Of a stretch of DNA of 64,000 bases, positions 18,061 to 35,460 are shown piece by piece. The DNA is taken from NCBI RefSeq assembly GCF_009914755.1, contig NC_060944.1, one strand, 5' to 3'. Origin of the DNA: the human T2T-CHM13v2.0 reference genome, Homo sapiens. Made by a program: the position numbers and the translations under genes. Position 1 is the stretch's first letter. Each line of letters begins with the position of its first letter. The notes beneath the pieces are model-generated. The model was not told the DNA's origin and searched no databases. It saw only the letters and a list, made by a program, of their open reading frames with translations.

Positions 18061-19220
18061 GCCTGTTACTTTTTGGAGACGTGGGAAGCCAGGTTATTCC
18101 TGAAAGGAGTGCACCAGTGTAATGCAACAAAAATAAATAAAGGTATAAGTGTGGAAGGAAAGTCACAATTTTCATTGTCGGCAGATAGCAGGCATTTATT
18201 GAACTAGTATTGTGTTAAGTACTTTTCATGCACCATTCTTTTTTTTTTTTTTGGGACAGGGTATCACTCTGTCGCCCATGCTGGAGTGTAGTGGTGCAAT
18301 CTTGGCTCACTGCAGCCTCTGCCTCCTGTGCTCAAGCGATCCACCTGCCTCAGCCCCCCAAGTAGCTGGGAATACAGGTGCGAGCCACCACACTCAGCTA
18401 ATTTTTGTATTTTTAGTAGAGATGAGGTTTTGCCATGTTGACCAGGCTGGTCTCGAACTCCAGACCTCAAGTGATCCACCCGCATCGGCCTCCCAAGATG
18501 CTAGGATTACAGGCATGAGCCACTGCGCCCGGCCTCATGCACCGTTCTTAATGAATAATGTGATGTTTACAACAACCCTGTGAGATAGGCCCTCTAATAA
18601 TTGCAAATTTATGGATAAAGAAACTGAGGTAACATGCTCACTCAGGGTCACACAGTATTTGAATCTAGGTTTACCTGAACCCAGAGCTTTTACTCTTAAC
18701 CACTACCTGGATGATATAAATCTCTACCTGTGATATGATTGTCTGCTGAGAAAATTCAAGAGAATTAAACTAAAAATACTTAGATATAATAAGGCTAAGT
18801 GAACAGCAGTTATAAGATAGACAAAAAGCAATAGCTTTATGCAAACAAAAATAGAAAATGTAATTGTAGGAGAACTGACAATAGCAACATGAAAAATAAA
18901 TACTTAGAAATAAACTTAAAAATACATGTACCCAGCTTAGCCACACAGAGTAAGAGTTGGCTGGGCATGGGGATGGGATGACAGGATGAGTAAGGTAAAG
19001 TAGTTTTCCCATGGGAACATCAGAGTATTGATACTGGAGAAGGGGTAGGTTAAAAAAAAAACAGGTGTCTATCATAAGACATCATGAGATATTGACTATC
19101 ATGTTTTTATAAAATTGAAAAATTGGCCTGGCACGGTGGCTTACGCCTGTAATCCCAGCACTTTGGGAGGCCAAGGCGGGCAGATTATCTGAGGTGAGGA
19201 GTTTGAGACTAGCCTGGTCA

Positions 19221-19421
<201 letters not shown>

Positions 19422-19584
19422 TTAGGTGGGAGCTATATATATTAGAAAGATGTTTACATTATGTGGTTAGGTGTAAAAAGCAGATTACGGTACAGTATGT
19501 TACTGTTTTCTTAAATGTATACATGTTTATAATAAAAATGTCTGGAAATACTAGTTCTTTTTAAAAATGTTAAATCTTTAATTG

Positions 19585-20045
19585 TGATAAAATTTACCAT
19601 CTTAACGATTTTTAAGTTTACAGTTTTGTAGTATTAAGTGTATTCATGCTGTGCAACCAATCTGCATGACTTTTTCATCTTGCAAAAGTGCAAAAGCCAA
19701 ACTATACCTTTAATAGGTTTAGCTCCCCATTTCCGCCTCCCCACCAGCCCTTGGCAGCACCCATTCTACTTTTGTTTTCTATGTGTTTGGTTACTCTGGA
19801 TACATCGTGTTAGTGGAATCTTGCATTATTTGTCTTTCTGTGACGGGCTTATTTCACTAGCATAGTGTCCTCAAGGTTCATCCTTGTTGTGTAGCATGTG
19901 TCAGAATTTCATTCTTTTTGTAAGGCTGAATAATATTCCATTGCATGTTTATACCGCACTTTGTTTATCCATTCATCGATGGTCACTTTGAGTTGCTTCC
20001 ATCTTTTGGCTATTGTGAATAATACTGCAGTGAAACATAAGTGTA
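19585..20045 (-). mobile_element. L1M (L1MB-like) 3'-end fragment
   Basis: aaatttaccatcttaac...tttaagt..acagtt...cttatttcactagcata...tcaaggttcatcc...ggctgaataatattccattg...ttggctattgtgaataat. Confidence 0.75.
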
Positions 20046-20617
20046 CTAGAAAGGTAAGCTGTTTATGAGATCATGGGGAAACTTTTATTCTGTTCCTCAT
20101 TGCCCTAATTTTCCTTTTTTATGAGCATGAATTGCCTTCATAATCAGAAAAAAAATGAGGAAGTATCTTCTTTAGGAGGCTGGGGAAATAAGGGTAAAAA
20201 AGGGCAGTGGCAGCGGAAAGGGAAAGGAGAGGGCAGATTTGAGAGACATTTCAGAAGGAGAATCAACAGGACTTGACCAACAAGAGGTAAGGGAGAGAGG
20301 AGTGGAAGATGAAGCTTTCCTGGCCTCTGGTGGGAAGGGGCATCAGTCCTGGTGGGGCTTTGACTAGGGGAGGAGGGAGGAAATAAGGCTGGAGAGCCAC
20401 CCAAGCCTTTGTTTAGCAGTTTGGACTTCTAGAAGGTGGAGAGAAACCATTGAAAGGAAGTGAAATGACTTGATCTGATTTGCACATAGAGAGATGACAC
20501 TGGCTCTTTCCAACCATTCTTTAAACTGAAGGCAGATAGTGCCAGGTATCCCTTTGTGTTGCTTATACTTGAACTTCTGTTAATTTCCTTTTATTTGAGA
20601 TGAACCTTTAGTACTGA

Positions 20618-21299
<682 letters not shown>

Positions 21300-21448
21300 T
21301 GTGTTCAGTTTTATCTCAATAACACAGTCTCCTGTAAATATACTTACTTTTTTTTTTTTTTGAGACAGAGTCTCACTCTGTCCCTCAGGCTGGAGTGCAG
21401 TGGTGCGATTTTGGCTCACTGCACCCTTCGCCTTTGAGGTTCAAGTGA

Positions 21449-21670
<222 letters not shown>

Positions 21671-23097
21671 TGACTTTAGTAGGAGAAGTATGAATAATTG
21701 GGAAAATAAATGAAACAAAAATAATTCAAGGTAGAGTATGTCACAATTCTGTTAAAATTTTAAAATTTAAAATTTTTCACATTTTACTGAATTCTGACAG
21801 CCTCCTTTTGAGAGAAAAAGGACAATATAAGGTATACAGTGTCATATTAAGGAACTCTTACAAAATGAAAATTTGGAGGGTCCAGATGGATTCAGCCCGT
21901 CACTTAGCTCCACTCCCACAAACCTGTAGTCTCTGTCTACTTCCAGAGCATTACAGACAGAGGGAGCTAACTGTTGTGCTAACATTTGTAAATAGCTCTG
22001 CAGTTTAGAAGAGCTGGATTTCCAAAAGATGTAAATCCATGATATCATTTTAGTCCTCCTAACAATTCTGTGGGGTAGGGATTATCATTCCCATTTTCAA
22101 ATGAGAAAATTGAAGATCAGAGGATGTGACAGATCCCTCTCAGATACTATATCTAATAAGTCCTGGAGTTTGAATCCAGGTTTTATTTTCTTCTTATATT
22201 TTAGCATTTTATTATGGAAAAGTTTAAACATACAAAAGTAGAAAAGATAATAAAAGACACCTAATATACTGAGCTTTAGCAATTGCCAACATATGGTCAC
22301 TTTTATTTTATCTATACTGCCTACTTCCATCCCACCTTAAATTATCATAAAGCAAATCCTAGTCATCATATTTCATCCATGAATACTGTACTTCAATATA
22401 CACATCTAAGAGAGAAGGATTTTTTCCTCCTCCTTTCCCCCCTGTAGTCACAGTTTCATTATTACACCTAAGGAAATAAACAGTAGTCAGTCCTAAATAT
22501 TACATAATATCCATTTGGTATTCAGTTTCCTCAACAATTTTATAAATGTCTTTCTAAAAAAATGTTTTTTTCAAGATGGAGTCTCGCTATGTTGCTCATG
22601 CTGTACTTGAACTCCTAGGTTCAAGTGATCCTCCTATCTCAGCCTCATCAGTATCTGGAAATACAGATGTGTGTCAGTGTACCTAGCTTTTTTTTTTTCT
22701 TTCTTTTTGACACAGAGCCTCACTCTTTTGCCCAGGCTGGAATGCAGTGGCGTGATCTCCACTCACTCACTGCAACCTCTGCCTCTTGGGTTCAAGCAAT
22801 TATCCTGCTTCAGCCACCTGAGAAGCTGAGATTACAGGCACGTACCACCATACCCCACTAATTTTTGTATTTTTAGTAGAGACAGGGTTTCACTATTTTG
22901 GCCGGGCTGGTCTCGAACTCCTGACCTCAGGTGATCTGCCCGCCCACCTCAGCCTCCCAAAGTGTTGGGATTACTACAGGCGTGAGCCATCATGCCCGGC
23001 CTGCCCAACTTTCATAAATGTCTTTTTACAGTTGGTCTGTGTTCACTGGGATCCAAACAAGGTGCCTGTATTAGACCTGATTGATGATCTCTTAAAT

Positions 23098-23588
<491 letters not shown>

Positions 23589-23744
23589 TTTAAAATCTTC
23601 TTAATCTATAGCCATTTCTCCTCTTCTTTTTTCCCCCTTTGCCATTTATTTGTTTAAAAAAGTCATATCATTTGCCCTATACAACTTCTCATATTCTGCA
23701 TTTGACTGATTACATCTATTTATTTATTTATTTACTTTTCTTAG

Positions 23745-23945
<201 letters not shown>

Positions 23946-23966
23946 TGAACTCCTGACCTCCAGTGA

Positions 23967-24062
<96 letters not shown>

Positions 24063-24510
24063 TAGCAAGTTTCCCAGTCAAGGATTCATTTATGTTCAAG
24101 CATGCTACTTATAAAATAATACAGTATATTGATCCATTTATAAAATTATGCAATATATTGATTCATTTTAGAATTTCCTTTAAAGGCTTTCTTGGGTGAC
24201 TACCAATTAACCAAAATTAATTACGTTATCCCAATGACCAAATTAATCCCCTGGTCAAATTGAACTGGATACATGAGTTATGTGAAAAACCTTCCAGGGG
24301 TTTTCACATGTACTGATGTTTTTGTTTTGTTTTTTTTTGTTTTTGTTTTTGTTTGAGATGGAGTCTCAAACAAAACTCCAGTTTCCCAGGCTGGAATGCA
24401 ATGGCATGATGTCGACTCACTGCAACCTCTACCTCCTGGGTTCAAAGATTCTCCTGCCTCGGCCTCCTGAGTAGCTGGGATTACAGCTGCCCACCACCAT
24501 ACCCGGCTAA

Positions 24511-24651
<141 letters not shown>

Positions 24652-25434
24652 TGATGTTTTTGATTCTCTGGTTATACTTGAGGTAGAGTAAATGATTCTA
24701 ACCAGCACTGGAACCATTAAAGGAATGTAGGGCCTCGTCAGTATTAGTTGGTTGGAGAGGGGAAGGAAGTTAGGACCAGGCAGGAATGAGTGGGTGGAGA
24801 AACTGACTCAGCCGTTTGGTTGGCTTCTAGGCATGGGAATTCAGCGGAGGGAGCCAGACCTCCTATGCATATGATGGTAGCAAGAGTAGCCCTCATTTTA
24901 TTCCTGCCCTTTCTAATCAGGATAGGCTTAGGACATGAGCAGTGGGATGTTTAGTGACATCGGCAATGAAGGACTAGGAAATACAGACTTTGATTTATTT
25001 TTTAAGTGATTCTCCATCAGCTGTGTGCTTTTAAGACTAGACTATGGGTTTTTTTGTTTTGTTTTGTTTTTGAGACTGGGTCTCATTCTGTCACCCAGGC
25101 TGGAGTTACTGTGGTGCAACCATAGTTCATTGCCACTTCAAACTCTGGGACTCAAGTGATCCTCTCACCTCAGCCTCTTGAGTAGCTGGGACTACAGGTG
25201 TGTGCCACCACATCCAGCTAATTTTAAAATTTTTTGTGGATACGGGATCTCTGTATGTTGGCCTGGCTGGTAGACTGTGTTTTTATTTGAATATTTGTAC
25301 CAAAACTTAACATTCTGCTGCTTATTGATTATATTTTACTACCTAAGAAAATAAATATGTATTATTTTTAATTGGCTTATATAAAACATAATACCTGTTT
25401 TCTTGTAGCTTTTAAGTAAAATTTGAAGCATTAG

Positions 25435-26025
<591 letters not shown>

Positions 26026-26241
26026 TAAAATGTCTCATGAAGTCATGTGAGAGTTAATTGTTATAAAGCTTGGCCACTCGAAGGGGCTTAATGAATGTGA
26101 GTTATCTTCCTTTCTCCCAGTCCTGATTTTGCAAACCTACCTACTCCGTGTTTCTGCTAATCACCAGAATGAAACTTAAAAAAAAAAAGAAAAAGCTGAT
26201 GGTTTAATCTTGATTTTCAGTGTCAGTTAAGCATAAAATAA

Positions 26242-26595
<354 letters not shown>

Positions 26596-27249
26596 TGATA
26601 GGCCCACCTCACCCTCCCAAAGTGCTGGGATTACAGGCGTGAGCCACTGTGCCCAGCAGCTATATTTTATAAACCAAAAAATTGGGACTTGTGGTGTGAT
26701 AAGTATAGTATACTTAGGAAGGTTAGGAGAACAGAATATTTTGAAGAAGTGCACTCTCAGAGAAATGGTCGCTGTGCTTTTATGTATTCATAAGGAAGCA
26801 GTACAAAGTTGTGGTTAGGAATGAGGCCCTAGAGTCCTTTGGACATGAATTCACATCTTGGCCCAGGCACTTTCTACTTACTGCACAATATACTTAACCT
26901 TTCTAAGCTTCAGAGCTTCCTCACTTGTAAAGTGGATATTATGAGAGTTCCTTGTTTCTTGTGAGGATTGCATGAAATAAAGGGCTCAGCACAGTCTTGG
27001 CAGATAGAACTTAACATGTAAATGTCAGCTGTTATGTTTATTACTGTAAAGCCTTTGATACGTGCACACTTATACAGTAAACTTTTTTTTTTTTTGCAAA
27101 AACCTGTTCAAAAAGCACTTCTAAAATAACTCAATATTTGCAAACTTACTCTATAGTAAGTTCTTTATCAGGCCTCGTACAGAAAGGGCACAGAAATATT
27201 TTGAAGACCGCATGCCCTGTCTTGCATGCCCACTGGGAAGACCTGACTT

Positions 27250-28600
<1,351 letters not shown>

Positions 28601-28689
28601 TATACCCTGTATTTGGAGAAAATTGCAGTTTTTACATTGACTTTCCTCTTTCTTTTCTTTTCTTTTCTTTCTTTCTTTCCTTCCTTCTT

Positions 28690-28720
<31 letters not shown>

Positions 28721-29139
28721 GAGATGGAATCTTGCTCTGTGGCCTGAGCTGGAGTACGGTGGCACAATCTTGGTTCACTACAACCTCCACCTCCTGGGTT
28801 CAAGCAATTCCCCTGCCTCAGCTTCTGGAGTAGCTAGGATTACAGGCGTGCCCCACCATGCCCAGCTAATTTTTGTATTTTTAGTAGAGACAGGGTTTTG
28901 CCATGTTGGCCAGGCCAGTCTCGAACTCCTGACCTCAGGTGATCCACCCACCTTGGCCTCCCAAAGTGCTGGGGTTACAGGTGTGAGCCACTGCGCCTGC
29001 AATGCCCGGCCTGCATTATAAATATTTGTTCATAATGTGTTGCTAACAGTGACAATCAATAAGAATCAACTGGGTTTGTTCCCCAGCCTGTTTAGTTTTA
29101 TTATTGTGATTACAAAATAATTAAATATTATGTTAACCA

Positions 29140-29310
29140 ATGAAATGTAAAGGGAAAAAGGAAAAAAGATACTGCTTTTATGAAAAATAAGTTGAATGTG
29201 CTTACCTGATAAAGGCAAATGGCTAAGAAAAAATATTTTTGTCAAATTAGGGGTGGAAGAGACCTCTGAAAAGATTGAAGAAAAAAATTATAAAAATATG
29301 GAGATTCTGA
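29140..29310 (+). mobile_element. Degraded Tigger/pogo-type transposase N-terminal fragment
   Basis: ORF 29196 begins ...DKGKWLRKNIFVKLGVEETSEKIEEKNYKN, resembling the HTH-psq pattern (DKGE...IA.E.GVGETTV..W.KN) of pogo/CENP-B-like transposases, then runs into an Alu. Confidence 0.45.
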
Positions 29311-30323
29311 CAGATAGGGTAACTCTCACCTGTAATCCTAGCACTGGGAGGCTGAGGCAGGAAGATTACTTGAGGCCAGGAGTTTGAGACCAATCTGGGC
29401 AACAGTGAGACCCCGTCTCTACAAAAAGAAAATTAGCCAGATGTGGTGGTGTGTCCCTGTAGTCCTAGCTACTTGGGAGGCTGAAGTGGGAGGATCACTT
29501 AAGCCCAGGAGTTTGAAGTTACAGTGAACTATCATCACGCCACTGTACTTACTCCAGCCTGGGACACAGAGTAAGACCCTGTCTCCAAAACATATATATA
29601 CATATATGTTTCTGCCTTCAGAACACTTCACAAGTATCATTCCAGTAAAAACTGAAAATCATAGATGTACATCATGAGTGTAGTTCATGCAGAAACTTTA
29701 ATTGCTTGAACTTACTCTCAAGAAAAGGCCTTCACTGGGCACAGTGGCTCATGTCTATAATCCCAGCACTTTGGGAGGCTGAGGCAGGTGGATTACTTGA
29801 GTCCAGGAGTTCGAGACACAAGCCTGGGAAATACAGCAAAACCCTGTCTCTACAAAAAATACAAAAATTAGCAGGTTGTGGTGGTGCATGCCTGTACTCC
29901 CAACTACTCGGAGGCTGAGGTGGGAGAATCACCTGAGCCCAGGGAGGTTGAGGCTGCAGTGAGCCATGATCATGCCATTGCAGTCCAGCATGGGTGACAG
30001 GGAGAGACCCTGTCTCAGAGAAGAGAAGGAGAGGAGAGAGGAGAGGAGAGGCTTTCATCCCTTAGCCAGTATTTGGAAAATAAACATGCATTTTTAATGA
30101 TTCCTCTCTTTAACTGTATTTTTTAAAAAATGAGTTATACCATTATTAGTTCTGATTCCATCAAGGAGAGAACTTCTACTTTGTTTCTTAAGTTGTTATG
30201 TATGGGTTACTGTGTATCAATTGAAATGAATATCACCAGGCCTTATTGTTGGTCATTATAAATTGTGCCCTGGTGAACTTCTTTCCAGAGACATCTTCTC
30301 TAGTATATTTTTTGTTTTTTTGA

Positions 30324-30626
<303 letters not shown>

Positions 30627-32619
30627 TGATTTTAAATAATGTGAAGTTTGGAATGTCTCAGGGAGTTCAATGTAATGGAATTTGTCCTGATGTTATTTCT
30701 TTTTCCAAATCACATAGCACTTCAAACTTTTCTTTTTATAACATTTCTCATAAATAGTCCTCCTCCATAATTACCTTTGTGTTTATTTTGTGTCTGCTAC
30801 TAAACTCTTAGCTTGTTGAGGACAGGAGTCCTTCCTTGGACCTCTGTACATCCTAACATACAATGGGTGCTCAATTTATGTTCATGGAATGAGAGAATGA
30901 ATCAATGTCACTGTCTTCTATTATTGCATAGACATCTTCAGTAACACTTCCTTTGAATTCATTGTCAGTGGAGCTAGTCTTGTAGCCTTTTCAATAGCTT
31001 ACATTCCGTGTTGGAGCAAAAAATGTTAAATGTTTATAAGGTAATTTCAAATATAAGCAAAAGTAGAGAGAATGGTATAAAGAAACCTCCATTATCTATA
31101 ATCAAGCTTCAACAATTACCAGCATTTTAGAGCAAATTTTGATTTAGGATAAGGGTAGAGAGAATATGATGACATCAGGATGCTGATTTTGATTTTGTGG
31201 GGAGAGAAGCAGGCCATGTGTGGTGAGCAGGGTAGAGAAAGAGGAGGCTGGTGGCCCAAATACAAACCTGCCTCATAGGAGTTGTCTTGAGGATCACTTG
31301 AGTTGACATAGGAAAGTGGGAAGAACAATGCCTCACACATGGTGAGTACAGCCTAAGTGCTCCCACCACCATTACTATCACTCCTGCGTAGTTTGTGGGA
31401 GCTGAATGTGGGAGCTGTGGCACTTACTAACTTGGTGACTTTGGACACCGACCTTTCTGAGCTGCAGTTTCTTCGTCGGAAAAAATGGGAATAGTAATAA
31501 CATCTTAAACATAGCATTGGCGGGGCGCGGTTGCTCATTCCTGTAATCCCAGCAGTTTGGGAGGCCAAGGTGGGCGGATCATTTCAATTCAGGAATTTGA
31601 GACCAGCCTAACCAACATGGTGTTGGTTTTAATGGAGAACCCTGTTCTCCATTAAAAATAGGCTGGGCATGGTGGCTCATGACTTGTAATTCCAGCACTT
31701 TGAGAGGCTGAGGCAGGCGGATCACTGGAGATCAGGAGTTCGAGATCAGCCTGGCCAACATGGTGAAACCTCGTCTCTACTAAAAATACAAAAAATTAGC
31801 CGGGTGTGGTGTTGTGCACCTGTAATCCCAGCTACTCAGGATGCTGGGGCAGGAGAATTACTTGAACTTGGGAGGTGGAGGTTGCAGTGAGCCGAGATCG
31901 CACAACTGCACTCCAGCCTGGATGATAGAGCAAGACTGTCTAGAAAAACAAAAAAACCCAAAAAAGGTAGCATCTTATCCCACACAGGCAGTGGAATAAT
32001 ATATGTAAATATGTTCTGGGTTAATTAACATTAATCACAATTTTCCAGAGTGGTTTTCTAGTCTGGAGGGAGGGACCATGTTTCTGGAGGTTTTTTCGGG
32101 AGTCAAGCCAATTCCTTCTGTGTATTCTCATTCTGAGACTTCATAATATTCGTGGCAGAGTCATTTGTCAGCCTAGCAAATAAACATTACAGGACAATAG
32201 GCTTTGTTTCCGTTTGCAAAATGTTTTTTAAATAATGAAAACAATTTTACTTTATGTAGCTTGTCCATATATGCACTGAAAATGAAATACTTATCAACCA
32301 AGTTGATAAAGGGATAAAAATAGTTTTCCTAAGGAAAACTATTTGCTGGGGATTTGTGTTGGACAAGTTTTGTAGCAGTCTGTTTCCCCGTCTTTGAAAT
32401 ATAAACAGCATCTTTATTTGTCTAGATTTTGCTTATAACAATTTGCTCAACTCCTAATTAAAGATAGCTCTGTCATCCACACATCACTTAGCTACTTTCC
32501 TAAAGCCAGAATTTCTTTAGAAAATCAGTTTTCTTTTAAGACTTCAAAACACTTTGCCTTCTCCTTAGTACTATAAAGAATTCTAATTATGTAGGACATT
32601 CATCCAGCCACTCCTCCCA

Positions 32620-32620
<1 letters not shown>

Positions 32621-32670
<50 letters not shown>
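32621..32670 (+). repeat. (CA)25 microsatellite
   Basis: Perfect CA run read directly. Confidence 0.97.
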
Positions 32671-32675
<5 letters not shown>

Positions 32676-33307
32676 CTGTCTGAGATAATAATTAGATACT
32701 GTGGGAAGAGAAATGAAATATCCCTGATGGTTTTAATAATTTTCTGCAGTGTTTGTTTGGACAAGAAAATCAGCTGTCACATCCCCTGGGTATGAGAGTT
32801 ATATAAACCCAGATCAGAAAGTCAATGCTGCAGACTTAAATTCTCAGGAAGTTTTAAAACTTTTAAAACTACCACTTGCCTTTTGGATTTGACTTTTTAA
32901 AAGTTTGATTTTTGCTTTTTCAGATACTAAACTTTTGGCATTCTTAGTATTTGTGATTTATAGCATCTTGTACTTTTATAGACTTACTTATTCAAACAAA
33001 CTAAACCCCCACTCTATGCCCAGATAACAAAAAAACACGTACAAGATACAGTTTTATCTCAAAATGAGCAATATCCTGAAGCTATCATTTGGTCCCAGTG
33101 ACATATGAACTGTTCGTTTTTTTCCCCATATACTGTTCTGTGTAAATGTTCTATTACACAGTCTTTTTTTCTGGATTATTTTTCTGGAGATTTCGTTATA
33201 CTTTGTTGATGTTTCTTTTCAAAAGCTCCCGCACAAATCATCTCCAGTAGTCATCCAGCCAGTGTTGTACTAGAAGATGTGTTACTTCTAATTTAAACTT
33301 CCATTTA

Positions 33308-33457
<150 letters not shown>

Positions 33458-33971
33458 TCACATGCTTGTAGTCTCAGCTACTTGGGAGGCTGAGGTGCGA
33501 AGATGGCTTGAGCCCGGGAGGTAGAAGCTGCAGTGAGCTGTGTTTGCCCCACTGCACCCCAGCCTGGGTAACAGCATGAGATCTTTTCTCAAAAGAAAAC
33601 AAACTTCCATTTGAGAAAGTGACAGAAAAGTTTTGGATTTTTGTAATTATAGGAATTCTTTACTTTTCTTTGATAATATTATATCTCTTTCAGTGAAAAG
33701 GGAGTTAGGAAGAGATCTAAATGTACTCTTTGATCTTCCTTGTTAATCATTTAAAAATGGAATTCGGAGCTAATTTTAACTTCTGAAGGACCTGGGGGAA
33801 TTTTATCTAGCACCTGAGGTATACCTTAGTTTTTTATGTATTGAATCTTTAGGACCAGTTTTATTCTTTCATTTAAATATGTAGTGAGCATCTAGTATGT
33901 GCTTACCATTGTGCTGTGTGTTTATATATATTATCTCATTTAATTCTCACACAAGCGTTGTTAGATACATA

Positions 33972-34411
33972 AAAGGGGACTTCAAAAAATTCATGGAAAA
34001 AATTGAATTAAAAGATAAAAATGAAAAATATAAACTTTATTTCTCAATATAAACTCCATCAAGTTCAAGGCAATATTGTAGTGATGATACCGGCCATTTA
34101 GCCCGTCCCTAAAGAACTGAGGGTTCTGGAAATTTAGCCATATTAATGCAGTCTTTTTTACATTATTAACTGAAAAAAAAAATGGATTCCCTTTAAAGAT
34201 TTCTTAAGATTAGGAAACAAAAAGAAGTCAGAAAGAGCCAAATCAGGACTGTAAGGTGGATGCATAATGATTTCTGTGCACAGTGATTTCCCATTGAAAT
34301 CTCGCAAAAATTGCCCTTGTTTGATAAAAGGAATGAGCAGGAGGAGTGTTGTCATGGTGGAGAAGGACTCTGGTGAAGCTTTCCCAGGCGTTTTTGTGCT
34401 AAAGCTTTGGC
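33972..34411 (-). mobile_element. HSMAR2 mariner transposon, 3' fragment with terminal inverted repeat
   Basis: TIR-like aggggacttcaaaaaattcatggaaaa after TA. Minus-strand ORF 34158-34436 contains HPPYSPDLALSDFFLFPNLKKSLKG (mariner YSPDLAP motif). Truncated and degenerate. Confidence 0.88.
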
Positions 34412-34836
34412 CACTGTGCCCAGCCACAACTTTCATTTTGTTAAGTCATCTAATCCTTACAACTGCTCCATGAAATAGGTACTATTATTATCCTTATGTT
34501 ACAGATGGAGAAACTGAGGCAGAGAGCGGGACAGTAACCTGCCTAAGGTCCCAGAGCTCTAGAGTCAGTGGTCTTAACCTCTATTATGACCTCTCACTTA
34601 ATGAGGGCCAGATTTCCCCTCTAGCTTTTTATTATGAAAAATTTCAAATGTGGAAAAAAATTAACAAGAGTACAATGAGCACCTGTATCAAAAACCTAGC
34701 CCAAACAATTGTTAACATTTTGCTGCATATAGTTTATCTGCATGTGTGTATTTCAATTTTTTGCTGAACTATTTGAAAATATATTATGGACATTATAATT
34801 CACTCCTTAAATACAAAACAAAGCAACATTTTCCTG

Positions 34837-35119
34837 TTTTTTTTTTGAGACGGAGTCTTGCTCTGTCGCCCAGGCTGGAGTGCAGTGATGCTCACTGCAA
34901 GCTTCGCCTCCCGGGTTCACACCACTCTCCTGCCTCAGCCTCCCCAGCAGCTGGGACTACAGGCACACGCCGCCACGCCTGGCTAATTTTTTTGTATTTT
35001 TAGTAGAGACGGGGTTTCACCGTGTTAGCCAGGATAGTCTTGATCTCCTGACCTTGTGATCTGCCCACCTCGGCCTCCCAAAGTGCTGGGATTACAGGCG
35101 TGAGCCACCGCGCCCGGCC
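34837..35119 (-). mobile_element. AluY-like element
   Basis: ttcaccgtgttagccaggat, gctcactgcaagct. Flanked by duplicated caacattttcct. Confidence 0.85.
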
Positions 35120-35299
35120 CAACATTTTCCTTTTACTTGGTAAATGCATTCTTGGAAAATACATTGCCTCTAAAATCATGCAAAAGTACTTTGCTACAGA
35201 CAAAAAGGAGTGGAGTTCTAGGTTCAGATAACTGTAAAGAGCTTTACATGAGTATCTTGATATTTAAAAATCAAGCAGAGTAAAGGGACAATTTTTGTT

Positions 35300-35460
35300 T
35301 CTATAAGACAGCCCCTCAATTTGCTGGATGTTTAACATCTTGGTCTCTACCTACTAAATGCCCATTTGAATGAGGAGACAATTGACTGTTGTGTCAACCA
35401 AAAAATGCCTCCCATCCCCTCCGTTTCCAGAAAGTCCTCTAGCCAGCTGTGCCTGTTGAG
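35300..35460 (-). mobile_element. MER20-like hAT element remnant
   Basis: ggatgtttaacatc.tggtctctacctactaaatgcc...gttgtgtcaaccaaaaaatgcctcc. Confidence 0.5.

Noticed and set aside
34158-34436. Functional or domesticated mariner transposase gene
   Set aside because: Short C-terminal fragment; the ORF start lies outside the element and the frame is broken.
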